Notes: generated by a model from the letters alone, not told the origin. Counted from the first letter of the stretch, positions 10,699-21,742 are shown. The stretch: DNA of 64,000 bases from an uncultured Ectothiorhodospiraceae bacterium (GCA_913056315.1 CAJXMZ010000001.1:31-64030); one strand, 5' to 3'. Made by a program: numbers and translations.

Positions 10699-10968
10699 AT
10701 GCTGTTAATTACCTGTCCTTGGTGCGGCCCACGCGATGAAAGCGAATTCAGCTACGGCGGTGAGGCCGATATCGTTCGCCCTCCTGAGCCCGAGGCAATT
10801 GATGACGCGGCTTGGGCTGATTATGTGTTTATGCGCACCAATACCCGTGGTTTGCACCGCGAGCAGTGGGTCCATGCCCATGGCTGCCGACGCTGGTTTA
10901 AAGCCGAACGCGATACGGTGACCTACGACATTCGCGCGACTTGGCCGATGAATGAGGAGGCGCCATGA
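10699..10968 (+). CDS. soxD: Sarcosine oxidase delta subunit
   Basis: MLLITCPWCGPRDESEF, H..GCRRWF Zn motif. Confidence 0.95.
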   Translation: MLLITCPWCGPRDESEFSYGGEADIVRPPEPEAIDDAAWADYVFMRTNTRGLHREQWVHAHGCRRWFKAERDTVTYDIRATWPMNEEAP

Positions 10969-13919
10969 AAGCGCGTTTGCCCACTGGCGGCCGAATCGAT
11001 CGGGACCAGCCGTTACAGTTTCGCTTTAATGGCCAAGCGTTAACCGGCTTTGCCGGTGACACGCTCGCCTCAGCGCTGCTTGCCAACGGAATCCACTTAG
11101 TTAATCGCAGCGTCAAGCTGCATCGGCCGCGGGGCATTATTGGCCGCGGCCCTGAAGAGCCCAATGCCCTGCTGCAGCTGGGTGAGGGCGCAACAGCACT
11201 GGCCGACCAGCGCGCCACCCAAGTGGTCTTGCGCGACGGCATGCAAGCGCGCTCGATTAATGGCTATCCCAGCCTAAAATTCGACTTAATGGCGATTTTT
11301 GATCGCGCTGCCAAGCTTTTACCGGCAGGTTTTTACTACAAGACCTTCATGGGGCCCACGGGTTGGTGGGAGCAGTACGAAAAAATTATTCGCCCCGCCT
11401 CGGGTATGGGCCGCGTGCCTGATGGCCCCGATCCCGATCGCTACGAAAAGCGTGACCTGCACTGCCCCGTTGTTGTGGTGGGTGGTGGCCCGGCCGGCGT
11501 GATGGCCACCTTGGTTCTTGCCCGCGCTGGGGTGCCAGTCACCTTAGCGCATGAACAATCCCAATTCGGCGGCGGGTGGTTAGCCAGTCGCTCGAGCATT
11601 GATGGCGCGCCAGCGCAAGACTGGCTCGAGGCAGCCATTGTCGAGCTGTCGCAGCTCGAGCATGTCACCTTGCTGCCCGCAACAACGGTGTTTGGTCACT
11701 ACGATCAGCACTTTTTGGGCGCGGTTGAGCGCGTGAGTGAGATCCGCCCCAATGCGCCGTTGCGCGAGCGTTTTTGGAAGATCCGCTGCCAGCATCTGAT
11801 TCTCGCTGCCGGAGCGATTGAGCGGTCGATTGCGTTTGCTAACAACGACCGCCCCGGGGTGATGACTGCCTCAGCCGTGCACGAATATATTGAGCGCTAT
11901 GCCGTGTTGCCCGGGCGCCAAGCGGTGGTGTTCACCAATAATGATGCAGCCTATGCCACAGCGCATAGCCTTCATCGGGCGGGCGCTCAGGTTGAGATTG
12001 TTGATTCGCGTGCGCAATCGGGTGAACAAGCGCAGCTTGCCCGGCAAGCGGGCATGGCCGTGCATATCAACACCCAAGTCAGTAATACCCAAGGCCGCCT
12101 GCGGGTGCGTAGCGTTGAGCTGCGTCATGCCGATCAACGCTGTGAGCGCTTGCCGTGCGATCTCTTAGCGGTATCGGGCGGCTGGAACCCATCTGTGCAT
12201 TTGCACTCGCATGCCCGTGGCTCGCTGCAATGGGACGACGCACTGGCTTCATTTATTCCTCAGCAAGACCTAGCGGGGGTGGAGTCCATTGGTGCAATGG
12301 CTGGCGTGTTTGATCCAAACGCGGCGCTGGCGGGTGCCTGCGAGGCCGCTCAACGCGCCGCCACCGCACTGGGTTATGCCACCGATGCCACGCGCGCACC
12401 GGTCATTAACCCGGCTGAGCCGGGGCCCACGGGTTTGCAGGCACTGTGGCGAGTCGCCGGTCGCGGGCCTGCTTTTGTCGACATGCAAAATGATGTCAAA
12501 GCCAGCGACATAGAACTGGCGTTGCGCGAAGGCTATCGCTCGATTGAGCATGTCAAACGCTACAGCGTGCTGGGTTTTGGCACAGATCAGGGCAAGCTGG
12601 GCAATATCCTTGGGTTAGGCATTGTCAGTGAGTTAGTCGGGATGACACCGGCGCAAGTGGGTACCACTACCTATCGGCCGGCGTGGACGCCGGTGACTTT
12701 TGGCGCGTTGGTAGGCACTGAGACCGGCGCACTGTTTGACCCGATTCGCTATACCCCCATGCATGATTGGCACGTTGCTCGTGGTGCGGTTTTTGAAGAT
12801 GTCGGCCAATGGAAGCGCGCACGCTACTATCCGCGAGCCGGCGAGGATATGGACGCCGCGGTTGCACGCGAGTGTCTGGCCACGCGAGACGGTGTTGGCG
12901 TGCTCGATTACTCAACGCTGGGCAAAATCGACATTCAAGGCCCTGATGCGGTGACATTGCTTGAGCGCGTCATGGTCAACAACTGGCAAAAGCTCGGCAT
13001 TGGTCGTTGCCGTTACGGATTAATGCTCGATGAAAATGGCATGGTCTTGGATGACGGGGTGACCGCGCGGCTTGGCGATCAGCATTACTTAATGTCGACT
13101 AGCACCGGCGGCGCAGCGCGCGTGATGGCATGGCTTGAGCAGTGGCTGCAAACGGAATGGCCCGACTTGGATGTGCGACTGACCTCGGCGACAGATCAGT
13201 ACGCAACCATTTCTCTGGCCGGGCCATTGAGTCGAGCTTTAATGACCGATTTGGGGACAGATATCGATCTAAGCGCGTCGGCATTTCCCTTTATGAGCCT
13301 GCAAACCGGCACTGTGGCTGGCGTGGCCGCGCGTGTTCAGCGGGTGAGTTTTACCGGCGAGTTGGGTTTTGAGATCACCGTATCCGCTGATTATGGCGCG
13401 CATTTGTGGGAGCAAATATTTTTGCGTGAGTCGGCGTACGCGATTACGCCTTACGGCACTGAGGCCATGCATGTTATGCGGGCTGAAAAAGGCTTCATTA
13501 TTGTCGGTCAAGACACGGACGGATCGATTAGCCCGCTCGATTTAGGGATGGCGGGCATGGTGAGCGCGCGCAAGGACTGCCTGGGTAAACGCTCACTCAT
13601 GCGCAGCGAGTTGCAACGAGACGATCGCCCGCAATGGGTTGGGTTAAAGCCCAAAGCCGCTGATGCGGTGATCGCCGAGGGCGCGCAAATCATCGCAACG
13701 GCAACGCCGCAGGGCGAAACGCCAATGCATGGTTGGGTTACCTCCAGCTATTTTGCGCCGCGGCTTGGCTATTCCTTTGCGCTGGGCTTTGTGAATGCCG
13801 GGCGCACTCGACACGGCGAAACCCTTTACGCCTGGGATTTAGATGCCGGCGTGATCGAACTCGAAGTCACCGATCCCATCCAATACGACATTGAAGGGGC
13901 ACGACAAAATGTCGAGTAA
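10965..13919 (+). CDS. soxA: Sarcosine oxidase alpha subunit
   Basis: GDTLASALLANG, HRPRG, AGFYYKTFM, GGGPAG, GTDQGK, C-terminal GcvT-like domain (SFTGELGFEI). Confidence 0.95.
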   Translation: MKARLPTGGRIDRDQPLQFRFNGQALTGFAGDTLASALLANGIHLVNRSVKLHRPRGIIGRGPEEPNALLQLGEGATALADQRATQVVLRDGMQARSINGYPSLKFDLMAIFDRAAKLLPAGFYYKTFMGPTGWWEQYEKIIRPASGMGRVPDGPDPDRYEKRDLHCPVVVVGGGPAGVMATLVLARAGVPVTLAHEQSQFGGGWLASRSSIDGAPAQDWLEAAIVELSQLEHVTLLPATTVFGHYDQHFLGAVERVSEIRPNAPLRERFWKIRCQHLILAAGAIERSIAFANNDRPGVMTASAVHEYIERYAVLPGRQAVVFTNNDAAYATAHSLHRAGAQVEIVDSRAQSGEQAQLARQAGMAVHINTQVSNTQGRLRVRSVELRHADQRCERLPCDLLAVSGGWNPSVHLHSHARGSLQWDDALASFIPQQDLAGVESIGAMAGVFDPNAALAGACEAAQRAATALGYATDATRAPVINPAEPGPTGLQALWRVAGRGPAFVDMQNDVKASDIELALREGYRSIEHVKRYSVLGFGTDQGKLGNILGLGIVSELVGMTPAQVGTTTYRPAWTPVTFGALVGTETGALFDPIRYTPMHDWHVARGAVFEDVGQWKRARYYPRAGEDMDAAVARECLATRDGVGVLDYSTLGKIDIQGPDAVTLLERVMVNNWQKLGIGRCRYGLMLDENGMVLDDGVTARLGDQHYLMSTSTGGAARVMAWLEQWLQTEWPDLDVRLTSATDQYATISLAGPLSRALMTDLGTDIDLSASAFPFMSLQTGTVAGVAARVQRVSFTGELGFEITVSADYGAHLWEQIFLRESAYAITPYGTEAMHVMRAEKGFIIVGQDTDGSISPLDLGMAGMVSARKDCLGKRSLMRSELQRDDRPQWVGLKPKAADAVIAEGAQIIATATPQGETPMHGWVTSSYFAPRLGYSFALGFVNAGRTRHGETLYAWDLDAGVIELEVTDPIQYDIEGARQNVE

Positions 13920-14493
13920 CGCGCAACCCCGCGGCCCACTCGATGGTCGTGAAATCCAAGCCCAATCCCTGCACCTTAGTGGCCTGCCCAGTGGGCGTTT
14001 GATCAACCTGCGCGCACCAGCCTCTGCCGCGGCGGTGGATCAGGCAATGCATAAGCTACTGGGGTGTGCTCGCCCAACCCAGCCCAATACGCTGGCAACA
14101 GGGCAGGCCGGGCGAATTCTTTGGCTTGGCCCGGATGAATGGCTGATTGAGCTAGCGGATGCCGGCGAGGTTAGCGAGAGCGCTATTGAATTTGCCCTCG
14201 TGCATACCGGTGCGACGCTATGTGAAGTGGGGGCGGGGCTAGCGCGAGTGCGTATTGAAGGCAGCCAAGCCCGCTGGTTGCTGGGCGCAGGTTCACCCTT
14301 GCCCAGCGATTCTGCGGCCATGGCACCGGGCGGCTGTGCGCAAACCCGCTTAGCCCATGCATCCATCATTGTTGTCGCCGAATCAACTGATGTGCTCACT
14401 GTCTTGGTTCGCCGCAGCATGGCGGGGTATTTATGGCATTGGTTTGAGCAGGCTGTGGCGCGTCTAGAGCCACCCCGCCCAGTGGCAAGCTAA
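13909..14493 (+). CDS. soxG: Sarcosine oxidase gamma subunit
   Basis: LWLGPDEWL, CAQT, VRRSMAGYLW.W; last gene of soxBDA operon; ATG at 13909. Confidence 0.9.
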   Translation: MSSNAQPRGPLDGREIQAQSLHLSGLPSGRLINLRAPASAAAVDQAMHKLLGCARPTQPNTLATGQAGRILWLGPDEWLIELADAGEVSESAIEFALVHTGATLCEVGAGLARVRIEGSQARWLLGAGSPLPSDSAAMAPGGCAQTRLAHASIIVVAESTDVLTVLVRRSMAGYLWHWFEQAVARLEPPRPVAS

Positions 14494-15503
14494 GCGCTTT
14501 GCTGGCTGGTCTCACCGCTCGCGCTGGCGGATAACCGCTCACGGCGAGCGCGGCGCTCGGCGCTTGGCGAATAGCCGTAGCGGTCGTGGTAGCACTTAGT
14601 AAAATGCGGTGGCGAGACAAAGCCACATGCCATGGCGATATCGGTAATGGATAGACCGGTTTGTAGAAGTAACTGACGCGCCTGGGTGAGCCGCAGCTCA
14701 AGATAATAATGCGTTGGCGTGCAGCTTAAATAGCGGCGAAACAACCGCTCAAGTTGTCGGCGTGAGGTGTTGGCGTAATCAGCAAGCTCATCGAGCGACA
14801 ATGGCTCGTGGATGTTCGACTCCATGAGCGTGACCACCTCGACCAGCTTGGGTTGGCTGGTGCCCAGACGCACCCGCAAGGGGATGCGCTGGCGCTCGCT
14901 GAGCTCGCGAATACGTTCATGCAAAAACTCTTCAGAAATGGCTTCGGCCAATTCAATGCCCTGATGGCGGGTGACCAAGTGCAACATCATATCGAGCGGG
15001 GCAATACCGCCCGATGAGGTGAAGCGATCGCGATCGATCACAAACAGCTCAGAGGTAAAAATGGTTTGCGGAAACAGCAGGGTTTCTTGAATGCCAGAGA
15101 TGTTTTGCCAGTGCAGGGTGCAGCGATAACCATCCATGACGCCGGCTCGAGCAAGTAAAAACCCACCGGTGCACACCGCGCCCAAGGCAATTTGCCGGCG
15201 TGCCAAGCGTTGTAGCCAGCTGGTTAGGTCGCGATCGTCAATGGTTTCGACATCGATGCCACTGCACACCATGACTAACTCAGCCGCTGGATCATCGCTC
15301 ACCGCGTGATCCACTGCTATGCGCGTGCCGTTACTGGCCATCACCGGTTGTCCATCGGTTGAGGCAAGCGAGACATCGTAGAGGTATTGATTGCCCAGTT
15401 GATTGGCCATGCGCAGCGGTTCAATCGCCGAGGCAAACGCCAGCTGGGAATATCCCGGCGTTAGCAGGAAGACAACGCGGTAGGGCTGGCCGTCATCTGG
15501 CAT
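14490..15503 (-). CDS. GlxA/GbdR-like AraC regulator with GATase1 (DJ-1-like) sensor domain
   Basis: AIEPLRMANQL, VCTGGFLLARAG, HW.N, SSGGIAPLDMML, double HTH (SRRQLERLF..YL; ACGFVSPPHFTKCY). Confidence 0.92.
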   Translation of the reverse strand: MPDDGQPYRVVFLLTPGYSQLAFASAIEPLRMANQLGNQYLYDVSLASTDGQPVMASNGTRIAVDHAVSDDPAAELVMVCSGIDVETIDDRDLTSWLQRLARRQIALGAVCTGGFLLARAGVMDGYRCTLHWQNISGIQETLLFPQTIFTSELFVIDRDRFTSSGGIAPLDMMLHLVTRHQGIELAEAISEEFLHERIRELSERQRIPLRVRLGTSQPKLVEVVTLMESNIHEPLSLDELADYANTSRRQLERLFRRYLSCTPTHYYLELRLTQARQLLLQTGLSITDIAMACGFVSPPHFTKCYHDRYGYSPSAERRARRERLSASASGETSQQSA

Positions 15504-15634
15504 CAGTTTTGTCTCCCCTGAGCTTTATTGTTTTATTCGATTATGAATCGTCCGTGAGGCTTTGGGTAGAGGCTTATCCAACAGCGACTGAGAGCGTTCC
15601 GGAAACGGCATAAAAACGAATTTGCTCAATGCGT

Positions 15635-15661
15635 TGTCGTGACTACTTGGCTTAATGACGT
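15635..15661 (+). promoter_or_regulatory. Candidate GlxA/GbdR-type operator upstream of fhs
   Basis: TGTCGT (15635) and TGACGT (15656) are exactly 21 bp apart; the second is followed by N8-AA. Confidence 0.55.
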
Positions 15662-15740
15662 TTTCGAGAAACTGCCCGGTTGTCGGGGTTTCTATACTCC
15701 AAGCGATAACACCGATAATCAATCCGAGGAGAGCGTAGAC

Positions 15741-17471
15741 ATGGCGAGCCCAAAACCCAATGGCTTGGCACCCAAGCCCCTAGCCAGTGATCTCGACATT
15801 GCCCGTCAGGCAAAACTCAAGCCTATTGCCGAAATTGCTGAAAAGCTGGGAATCGCCGCGGGCACGATCGAGCCGTATGGTCATGATGTCGCCAAAATTC
15901 CGCTCGAAGCCATTGAGCACCTCGCGGTGAATAAGCGCGCGAAGTATGTTGTGGTCTCAGCGGTTACACCAACGCCGCTGGGTGAAGGCAAAACCACGAC
16001 CTCGGTGGGCTTGGCGCAGGGCTTTCATCACATCAACCGCACGGCCACCGTGTCGCTACGCCAGCCCTCAATGGGGCCAACCTTTGGCATTAAGGGCGGT
16101 GCGGCCGGCGGTGGCTGGTCACAAGTGGTGCCCATGGAGCGCATTAACCTGCATCTCACCGGCGATATTCATGCGGTGAGTGCGGCCCATAACCTGCTTT
16201 CAGCCATGGTGGATAACCACCTTTTTCACGGTAACGCCGCGGGCATTGACCCAGCCCAAGTGGCTTGGCGCCGAGTCATGGACATTAATGACCGTGGGCT
16301 TAGACAAATTGTCACCGGCTTAGGGGGGAAGGCCAACGGCCTGCCCGCAGAGACAGGCTTTGATATAACCGCTGCTTCTGAGGTGATGGCAGTGTTGGCG
16401 CTGGCCGATTCATTTGAGGACTTGCGTCGTCGGCTTGGCCGCATCGTTGTGGGTTGGACACCCGGCGGTGAGCCGGTTAGCGCCGAGGACATTCAGTGCG
16501 CCGGTGCAATGGCGGTCTTGCTCAAAGAGGCGATTAAGCCAAACCTAATGCAAACAATTGAAAACACGCCCGTTTTGGTTCATGCCGGGCCATTCGGCAA
16601 TATCGCCCATGGCAACTCGTCCATTATCGCTGACCAAGTGGGCATTTACGGCAGCGACTTTTTGGTGACCGAAGCCGGATTTGGCGCGGATATGGGCGCT
16701 GAGCGCTTTTTTAATATCAAATGCCGAGCATCGGGAATGGCGCCTGATGCCGCGGTGCTCGTGGCCACTGTGCGCGGGCTAAAAGTGCATTCTGGCAAAC
16801 ATCGCGTTGTGGCCGGTAAGCCGCTGCCCGAGGGCATGCTTGTCGAAAGCCCAGACGATGTGCAGCTGGGGGCGTCGAACTTGCGCAAGCAAATTGAAAA
16901 TATTCGCCTGCATGGCGTGCCCGTGGTGGTGGCGATTAACGCTTTCCCGAGCGATTTCGACAGCGAGCATGCGGTTATCGCCGCAGTCGCCGAAGAAATG
17001 GGCGCGGTGGCCCGTGTCTGCACCCATGTTCGCGATGGCGGGGCGGGCGCCGCTGAGCTTGCTGAAGCCGTGGCGCAAGCCGCTGAGCAAGGCGGGCATT
17101 ATGCACCGCTCTACCCATCAGAACAGCCGCTTGCCGAGAAGATCGAGTGCATTGCCACGCGGGTTTACGGCGCGGATGGCATTGATTGCAGCGCGCTTGC
17201 CAAACGCCAACTCGAATCCTTTACCCAATCGGGTTATGGCCATTTGCCGGTGTGTATTGCCAAAACGCACTTGTCATTATCATCAGACCCCGCGCTTCGG
17301 GGCGCGCCGACCGGATGGCGCATGCCCGTGCGTGAGGCGCGCTTATCGGCGGGCGCAGGATTTGTGTATGCACTGTGCGGTGACATTCGAACCATGCCAG
17401 GCTTAGGCTCCCACCCAGCGGCTGAGTCCATTGATATTAATGAAATGGGCGATATAGAAGGACTGTTTTAG
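15741..17471 (+). CDS. fhs: Formate--tetrahydrofolate ligase
   Basis: TPTPLGEGKTTT, RQPSMGPTFGIKGGAAGGG, HAGPFGNIAHG, TEAGFGAD.GAE, TMPGL; GAGGAG RBS before ATG 15741. Confidence 0.96.
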   Translation: MASPKPNGLAPKPLASDLDIARQAKLKPIAEIAEKLGIAAGTIEPYGHDVAKIPLEAIEHLAVNKRAKYVVVSAVTPTPLGEGKTTTSVGLAQGFHHINRTATVSLRQPSMGPTFGIKGGAAGGGWSQVVPMERINLHLTGDIHAVSAAHNLLSAMVDNHLFHGNAAGIDPAQVAWRRVMDINDRGLRQIVTGLGGKANGLPAETGFDITAASEVMAVLALADSFEDLRRRLGRIVVGWTPGGEPVSAEDIQCAGAMAVLLKEAIKPNLMQTIENTPVLVHAGPFGNIAHGNSSIIADQVGIYGSDFLVTEAGFGADMGAERFFNIKCRASGMAPDAAVLVATVRGLKVHSGKHRVVAGKPLPEGMLVESPDDVQLGASNLRKQIENIRLHGVPVVVAINAFPSDFDSEHAVIAAVAEEMGAVARVCTHVRDGGAGAAELAEAVAQAAEQGGHYAPLYPSEQPLAEKIECIATRVYGADGIDCSALAKRQLESFTQSGYGHLPVCIAKTHLSLSSDPALRGAPTGWRMPVREARLSAGAGFVYALCGDIRTMPGLGSHPAAESIDINEMGDIEGLF

Positions 17472-17474
17472 ACT

Positions 17475-19124
17475 ATGCAGCGTGATGCCATGCACTACGA
17501 CGTCGTTGTGGTGGGCGCCGGACCTGCGGGGCTGTCGGCGGCCATTAAACTGCGACAACTGGCCACCGAGCGGGATCAAGACATCAGTGTCTGTGTGCTT
17601 GAGAAGGGCTCTGAGGTTGGCGCGCATATCCTCTCAGGGGCGGTGCTCGAGCCTCGGGCACTCGATGAGCTCATCCCCGATTGGCAAGCACAGGGTGCGC
17701 CACTGAATACACCGGTGAGTGATGAAGCTTTTTTATTGCTGGGTGAAAAACGCGCACTGGGTGTGCCCTTGCCGTTTCTACCGCGACAGCTGCGCAATGA
17801 AGGCAACTATATTGTCTCAATGGGTAATGTCTGCCGCTGGCTCGCTGAGCAAGCCGAAGCGCTCGGGGTAGAAATCTATCCAGGGTTTCCAGCCGCTGAA
17901 GTTTTGTATGACGACGCGGGCAGTGTGTGTGGCGTTGCCACCGGTGAAATGGGTATTGGCCGCGATGGTGAGGCCAAGGCAACGCATGTGCCGAGTATTG
18001 AGCTAAGGGCGCGCTATACGTTGTTTGCTGAAGGCTGCCGCGGGCAACTCAGCGGGCAGCTCGAGGCGCATTTTGGGCTGAGGCAGGGCGTTGACCCACA
18101 GACCTACGGGATTGGCTTTAAAGAGCTCTGGGAGCTCGACGAAGCCTCGCATCAACCCGGCCTGGTCATGCACAGTGCAGGCTGGCCCATGGATACCAAG
18201 ACCTGGGGTGGGTCGTTTATCTACCATCTCGAAGACCGCCAAGCTTACGTGGGCTATGTGGTTGGGCTTGATTACCAAAACCCGCATCTTGATCCGTTTC
18301 GTGAGTTTCAGCGCTTTAAAACCCACCCCCGCATTCGATCCATGTTTGCCGGGGGTCGGCGCATTGCCTACGGCGCGCGAGCGCTGAACGAAGGCGGGCT
18401 GCAGTCGGTGCCTGAGCTGAGTTTTGCGGGCGGGGCGTTAATTGGCTGTGCGGCAGGATTTTTAAATGTGCCCAAAATTAAGGGCAATCACACCGCGATG
18501 AAAACCGGCATGCTCGCTGCTGAGGCCGCGGCGGATGCGCTGGCCCAAGGCGAACAAGCGCCTGTGGTGCTATCGCAGTACCCCGAGCGCTATCAAAACT
18601 CATGGGTGTATGACGAGTTAAAAACCGCCCGCAATTTGCGCCCCGCAACGGCGCGTTGGGGCATGATTTTGGGCAGCTTATATGCGGGGATTGATCTTAA
18701 GCTGTTTGGCGGGCGTCTGCCTTGGACGCTGCATCATCGCCACGCCGATCACGAAACGCTCAAGCCTGCCGCGCAAATGCCGCGGCCTGATTATCCCGCC
18801 CCCGATGGCGTGGTGAGTTTTGATCGCAACAGCAGCGTGTACCTGACCAACACCAACCACGAAGAAGATCAGCCCTGCCATTTGCGTTTGCGCGATCCGG
18901 ATTTATCGGTCAGCCACAATCTGCCGTTATACGACGAACCCGCTCAGCGCTATTGCCCGGCGGGTGTGTACGAAATCGTCTATGCCGATACCGGTGAGGC
19001 GCGGCTGCAGATTAATGCGCAAAACTGCATTCACTGCAAAACCTGTGATATTAAAGACCCACGCCAAAACATTGAGTGGGTCGCCCCCGAGGGCGGAGGC
19101 GGCCCCAACTACCCCAATATGTAG
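17475..19124 (+). CDS. Electron transfer flavoprotein-ubiquinone oxidoreductase
   Basis: GAGPAGL, EKGSEVGAHILSGAV, KIKG.HTAMK.GM, C-terminal 4Fe-4S CPAGVYE...NCIHCKTCDIKDP. Confidence 0.96.
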   Translation: MQRDAMHYDVVVVGAGPAGLSAAIKLRQLATERDQDISVCVLEKGSEVGAHILSGAVLEPRALDELIPDWQAQGAPLNTPVSDEAFLLLGEKRALGVPLPFLPRQLRNEGNYIVSMGNVCRWLAEQAEALGVEIYPGFPAAEVLYDDAGSVCGVATGEMGIGRDGEAKATHVPSIELRARYTLFAEGCRGQLSGQLEAHFGLRQGVDPQTYGIGFKELWELDEASHQPGLVMHSAGWPMDTKTWGGSFIYHLEDRQAYVGYVVGLDYQNPHLDPFREFQRFKTHPRIRSMFAGGRRIAYGARALNEGGLQSVPELSFAGGALIGCAAGFLNVPKIKGNHTAMKTGMLAAEAAADALAQGEQAPVVLSQYPERYQNSWVYDELKTARNLRPATARWGMILGSLYAGIDLKLFGGRLPWTLHHRHADHETLKPAAQMPRPDYPAPDGVVSFDRNSSVYLTNTNHEEDQPCHLRLRDPDLSVSHNLPLYDEPAQRYCPAGVYEIVYADTGEARLQINAQNCIHCKTCDIKDPRQNIEWVAPEGGGGPNYPNM

Positions 19125-19159
19125 CGCCAAGACGCCCCGACTCGCACGCTCGGCGCGCG

Positions 19160-21724
19160 TTACGAGCGTGGGCGCTCATTGTCGGGGTCGTAGATTGGCT
19201 GATAGCCCACCGCATCCACCCGCACAGGGTAGCGTTCGTTGAAGTATTCCATGGCAAGCGTTCGGCCGGTCTGGCAATACTCACAGGGCAAGTAGGCGAG
19301 CATGAGATTGCGCCCAACCGATGGCCCATAGGCAATGCTGGTGGTGTATGAGCGTCGGCCTTCACTGTCCACCAGTACGGCATCGGTATCGGGGTCAACG
19401 ATTGGTAAATTACCCAGCGGATAGCGGGCCACGCGCTGACTATCCAAGTTGTTGGTCATCGATAACGTGCACAGGTAGGCCGGCTGTTGTTCACGCTCAC
19501 GCTGCGCAAGGTAGGCCTCACGGCCATAGAAATCGACCGGCTTAACCCGCGGGCGCTCAAGCCCCGCTTCGATTAGGTTGTATTCGGTGAGCAGATCAGC
19601 GTTTTGTAAGCGTAAGCTCTTCTCCAGCCGTCGGCTGTTGGCATAGCTTTCAATCCCCACCGGCGTGATATCGGCTGCGTATAACGCATCCCACAACGCC
19701 AGGCCGTCGTCATAGGCAAAATGTAGCTCCCAGCCCTGTTCGCCCATGTAGGAAATGCGAAAGGCCGTCACAGTAACACCGGCGATTTCAATGGGTTTAA
19801 AGCTTGCGAACGCAAAGGCGTTGGCTTCAAGCCCGGCAGGGTCACTAACCAGGGTTTGCAAACGGCTGCGCGCATTGGGTCCCCATACGCCGAGGCAGCC
19901 GAATTCTTCGGTGCGCTCGCTAATAGCGACATTCGCGCCTCGATCTTCGGCCATGCGCTGCAGCCAAATCAGATCGCGGTGACCGGTGTCACCCCCATCC
20001 ACAATGCGGTAATGGTCGTTCGCTAAACGCAGCACGGTGAGATCGGCACGAACCCCCCCTTGGGCATCCAAGAAATGCGTGTAAATGCCTTTACCCACCG
20101 GGGTGTCACCACCCACCCGGGCAACGCAGGTGTATTCCATGAGTGATTCGGCGTCTGGGCCTTTGACATCAATAATGCAAAAGTGCGACAGGTTCACCAT
20201 GCCCACATCATCGGAGAGTTTGAGTTGCTCGGCGTTCGATACACGCCAGAAGTGGCGGTTATCCCACTCGGATTCGCGCACAGGAATGCGCTCACCATAG
20301 ACTTCGAGTAACGGCTCGTTACTGGCATAGCCATGGGCGCGCTCCCAACCGGCTGCTTCCATAAAATGCGCGCCTAAATCGCGCTCACGCTCCCAAAACG
20401 GGCTGCGACGGACATCGCGGGCGGCGGTGTAGGGCTCGCGGTTGTGTACCGGCGGGTTATAGACCTTAAATGCGGTCTCATAACAGCGATCAGCAATATA
20501 CGATTCAGTCAGTTGAAACGGATAATGGCGAGCGACATCAATGCCGTGATGATCGCGCTCGGTCATCCCGTCGGTCATCCAGTCGGCAACGACTTTACCG
20601 GTGCCCGGGCCATCTTTTACCCAAACCGACTCGGCATACCATAGCCCGCGCACTTGCGTTGATTCACCGATTGACGGGCCACCATCGGCGGTGACCTGTA
20701 ACAGCCCATTAAACGAGCGCTTATCGTCATAGCCCAGCTCCGCCAAAATGGGGGTGAGTTCAATGGCTCGCTCAAGTGGATCAATAATTTGCTCCATATC
20801 GAGATCGCGTTGTGAGGGCGAAAGGCGGGCTTCGCTTTTTTCGAGAATCTCGCGCGGGTGAATTAACCGCGGGGCCCGCTCTTCATAGTAGCCCCATTCG
20901 ATTTGCCCGCCTTCGGGGGTTTTGGGGTCACCGGTATCTCGTAAATAGGCGGAGTTACCCTGATCGCGAAGCAGCGGGTAGCCGATATCTTTGCCCGTCC
21001 CGGCAAACTCTTCGTAAGGACCAAAATAGGTCAATGGGTGATCAAGCGGCATGATGGGCAGATCTTCACCGGCCATATTGGCGATCAAGCGCCCCCATAG
21101 CCCAGCGCACACCACCACATAATTGGCTTCAATAACCCCGCGTGAAGTCTCCACCCCTTTAATATGGCCGCCTTCAATGCGTAGACCGGTGCAGGCGGTG
21201 TTTGCCCATGATTGCAGATGACCGGTAGCGACAGCCTCATCCACCAGCTCGCCCGAGACCACCTGTGAACGCGGTTTAACTAACCCTGCATCGGGGTCCC
21301 AGAGCGCGCCTTGGATCATGTCTTCTTCGAGTAGCGGGAAGCGTTTTTTCGCCTCTGCCGCTGAAATCATATGCGCGCGTGTACCAAATGCCCGCCCCGA
21401 GGTGACCTTGCGCTTGAGCTCAGCCATACGCTCGTCATCGTCAACTCGCGCGACTTCCAATCCGCCCACCTTGTCGTAGCGGCCGCGCTTGTCAAAAAAA
21501 TCGATGCTATACATCGTGGTATAGCAGGTCATGGCGTCATGCGCGGTGGCATAGCAAAAATCCGAGGCATGCGATGTCGACCCGATATCGGTCGGGATCG
21601 CGCTTTTGTCGATACCCACAATATCGCTCCAGCCACGCTCAATCAGGTGGTGGGCAACGGATGAACCGACAATCCCTCCCAATCCGACAATCACAACGTT
21701 GGCTTTAGACGGAAAATCGGCCAT
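19160..21724 (-). CDS. Dimethylglycine dehydrogenase/oxidase-like flavoprotein (DAO + GcvT domains)
   Basis: GLGGIVG FAD motif, GSTSHAS (His for covalent FAD), GWERA, ISYMGEQGWELH, RLEK. AAGGAG RBS favours ATG 21724. Co-transcribed with etfBA. Confidence 0.85.
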   Translation of the reverse strand: MADFPSKANVVIVGLGGIVGSSVAHHLIERGWSDIVGIDKSAIPTDIGSTSHASDFCYATAHDAMTCYTTMYSIDFFDKRGRYDKVGGLEVARVDDDERMAELKRKVTSGRAFGTRAHMISAAEAKKRFPLLEEDMIQGALWDPDAGLVKPRSQVVSGELVDEAVATGHLQSWANTACTGLRIEGGHIKGVETSRGVIEANYVVVCAGLWGRLIANMAGEDLPIMPLDHPLTYFGPYEEFAGTGKDIGYPLLRDQGNSAYLRDTGDPKTPEGGQIEWGYYEERAPRLIHPREILEKSEARLSPSQRDLDMEQIIDPLERAIELTPILAELGYDDKRSFNGLLQVTADGGPSIGESTQVRGLWYAESVWVKDGPGTGKVVADWMTDGMTERDHHGIDVARHYPFQLTESYIADRCYETAFKVYNPPVHNREPYTAARDVRRSPFWERERDLGAHFMEAAGWERAHGYASNEPLLEVYGERIPVRESEWDNRHFWRVSNAEQLKLSDDVGMVNLSHFCIIDVKGPDAESLMEYTCVARVGGDTPVGKGIYTHFLDAQGGVRADLTVLRLANDHYRIVDGGDTGHRDLIWLQRMAEDRGANVAISERTEEFGCLGVWGPNARSRLQTLVSDPAGLEANAFAFASFKPIEIAGVTVTAFRISYMGEQGWELHFAYDDGLALWDALYAADITPVGIESYANSRRLEKSLRLQNADLLTEYNLIEAGLERPRVKPVDFYGREAYLAQREREQQPAYLCTLSMTNNLDSQRVARYPLGNLPIVDPDTDAVLVDSEGRRSYTTSIAYGPSVGRNLMLAYLPCEYCQTGRTLAMEYFNERYPVRVDAVGYQPIYDPDNERPRS

Positions 21725-21742
21725 CTGAGTCACTCCTTAGGT

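Noticed and set aside
16807-17406. Many 60-200 aa alternate-frame or antisense ORFs across the window, e.g. this 199-aa ORF inside fhs
   Set aside because: Shadow ORFs of GC-rich coding sequence, with no motifs or RBS and fully nested in confident genes.
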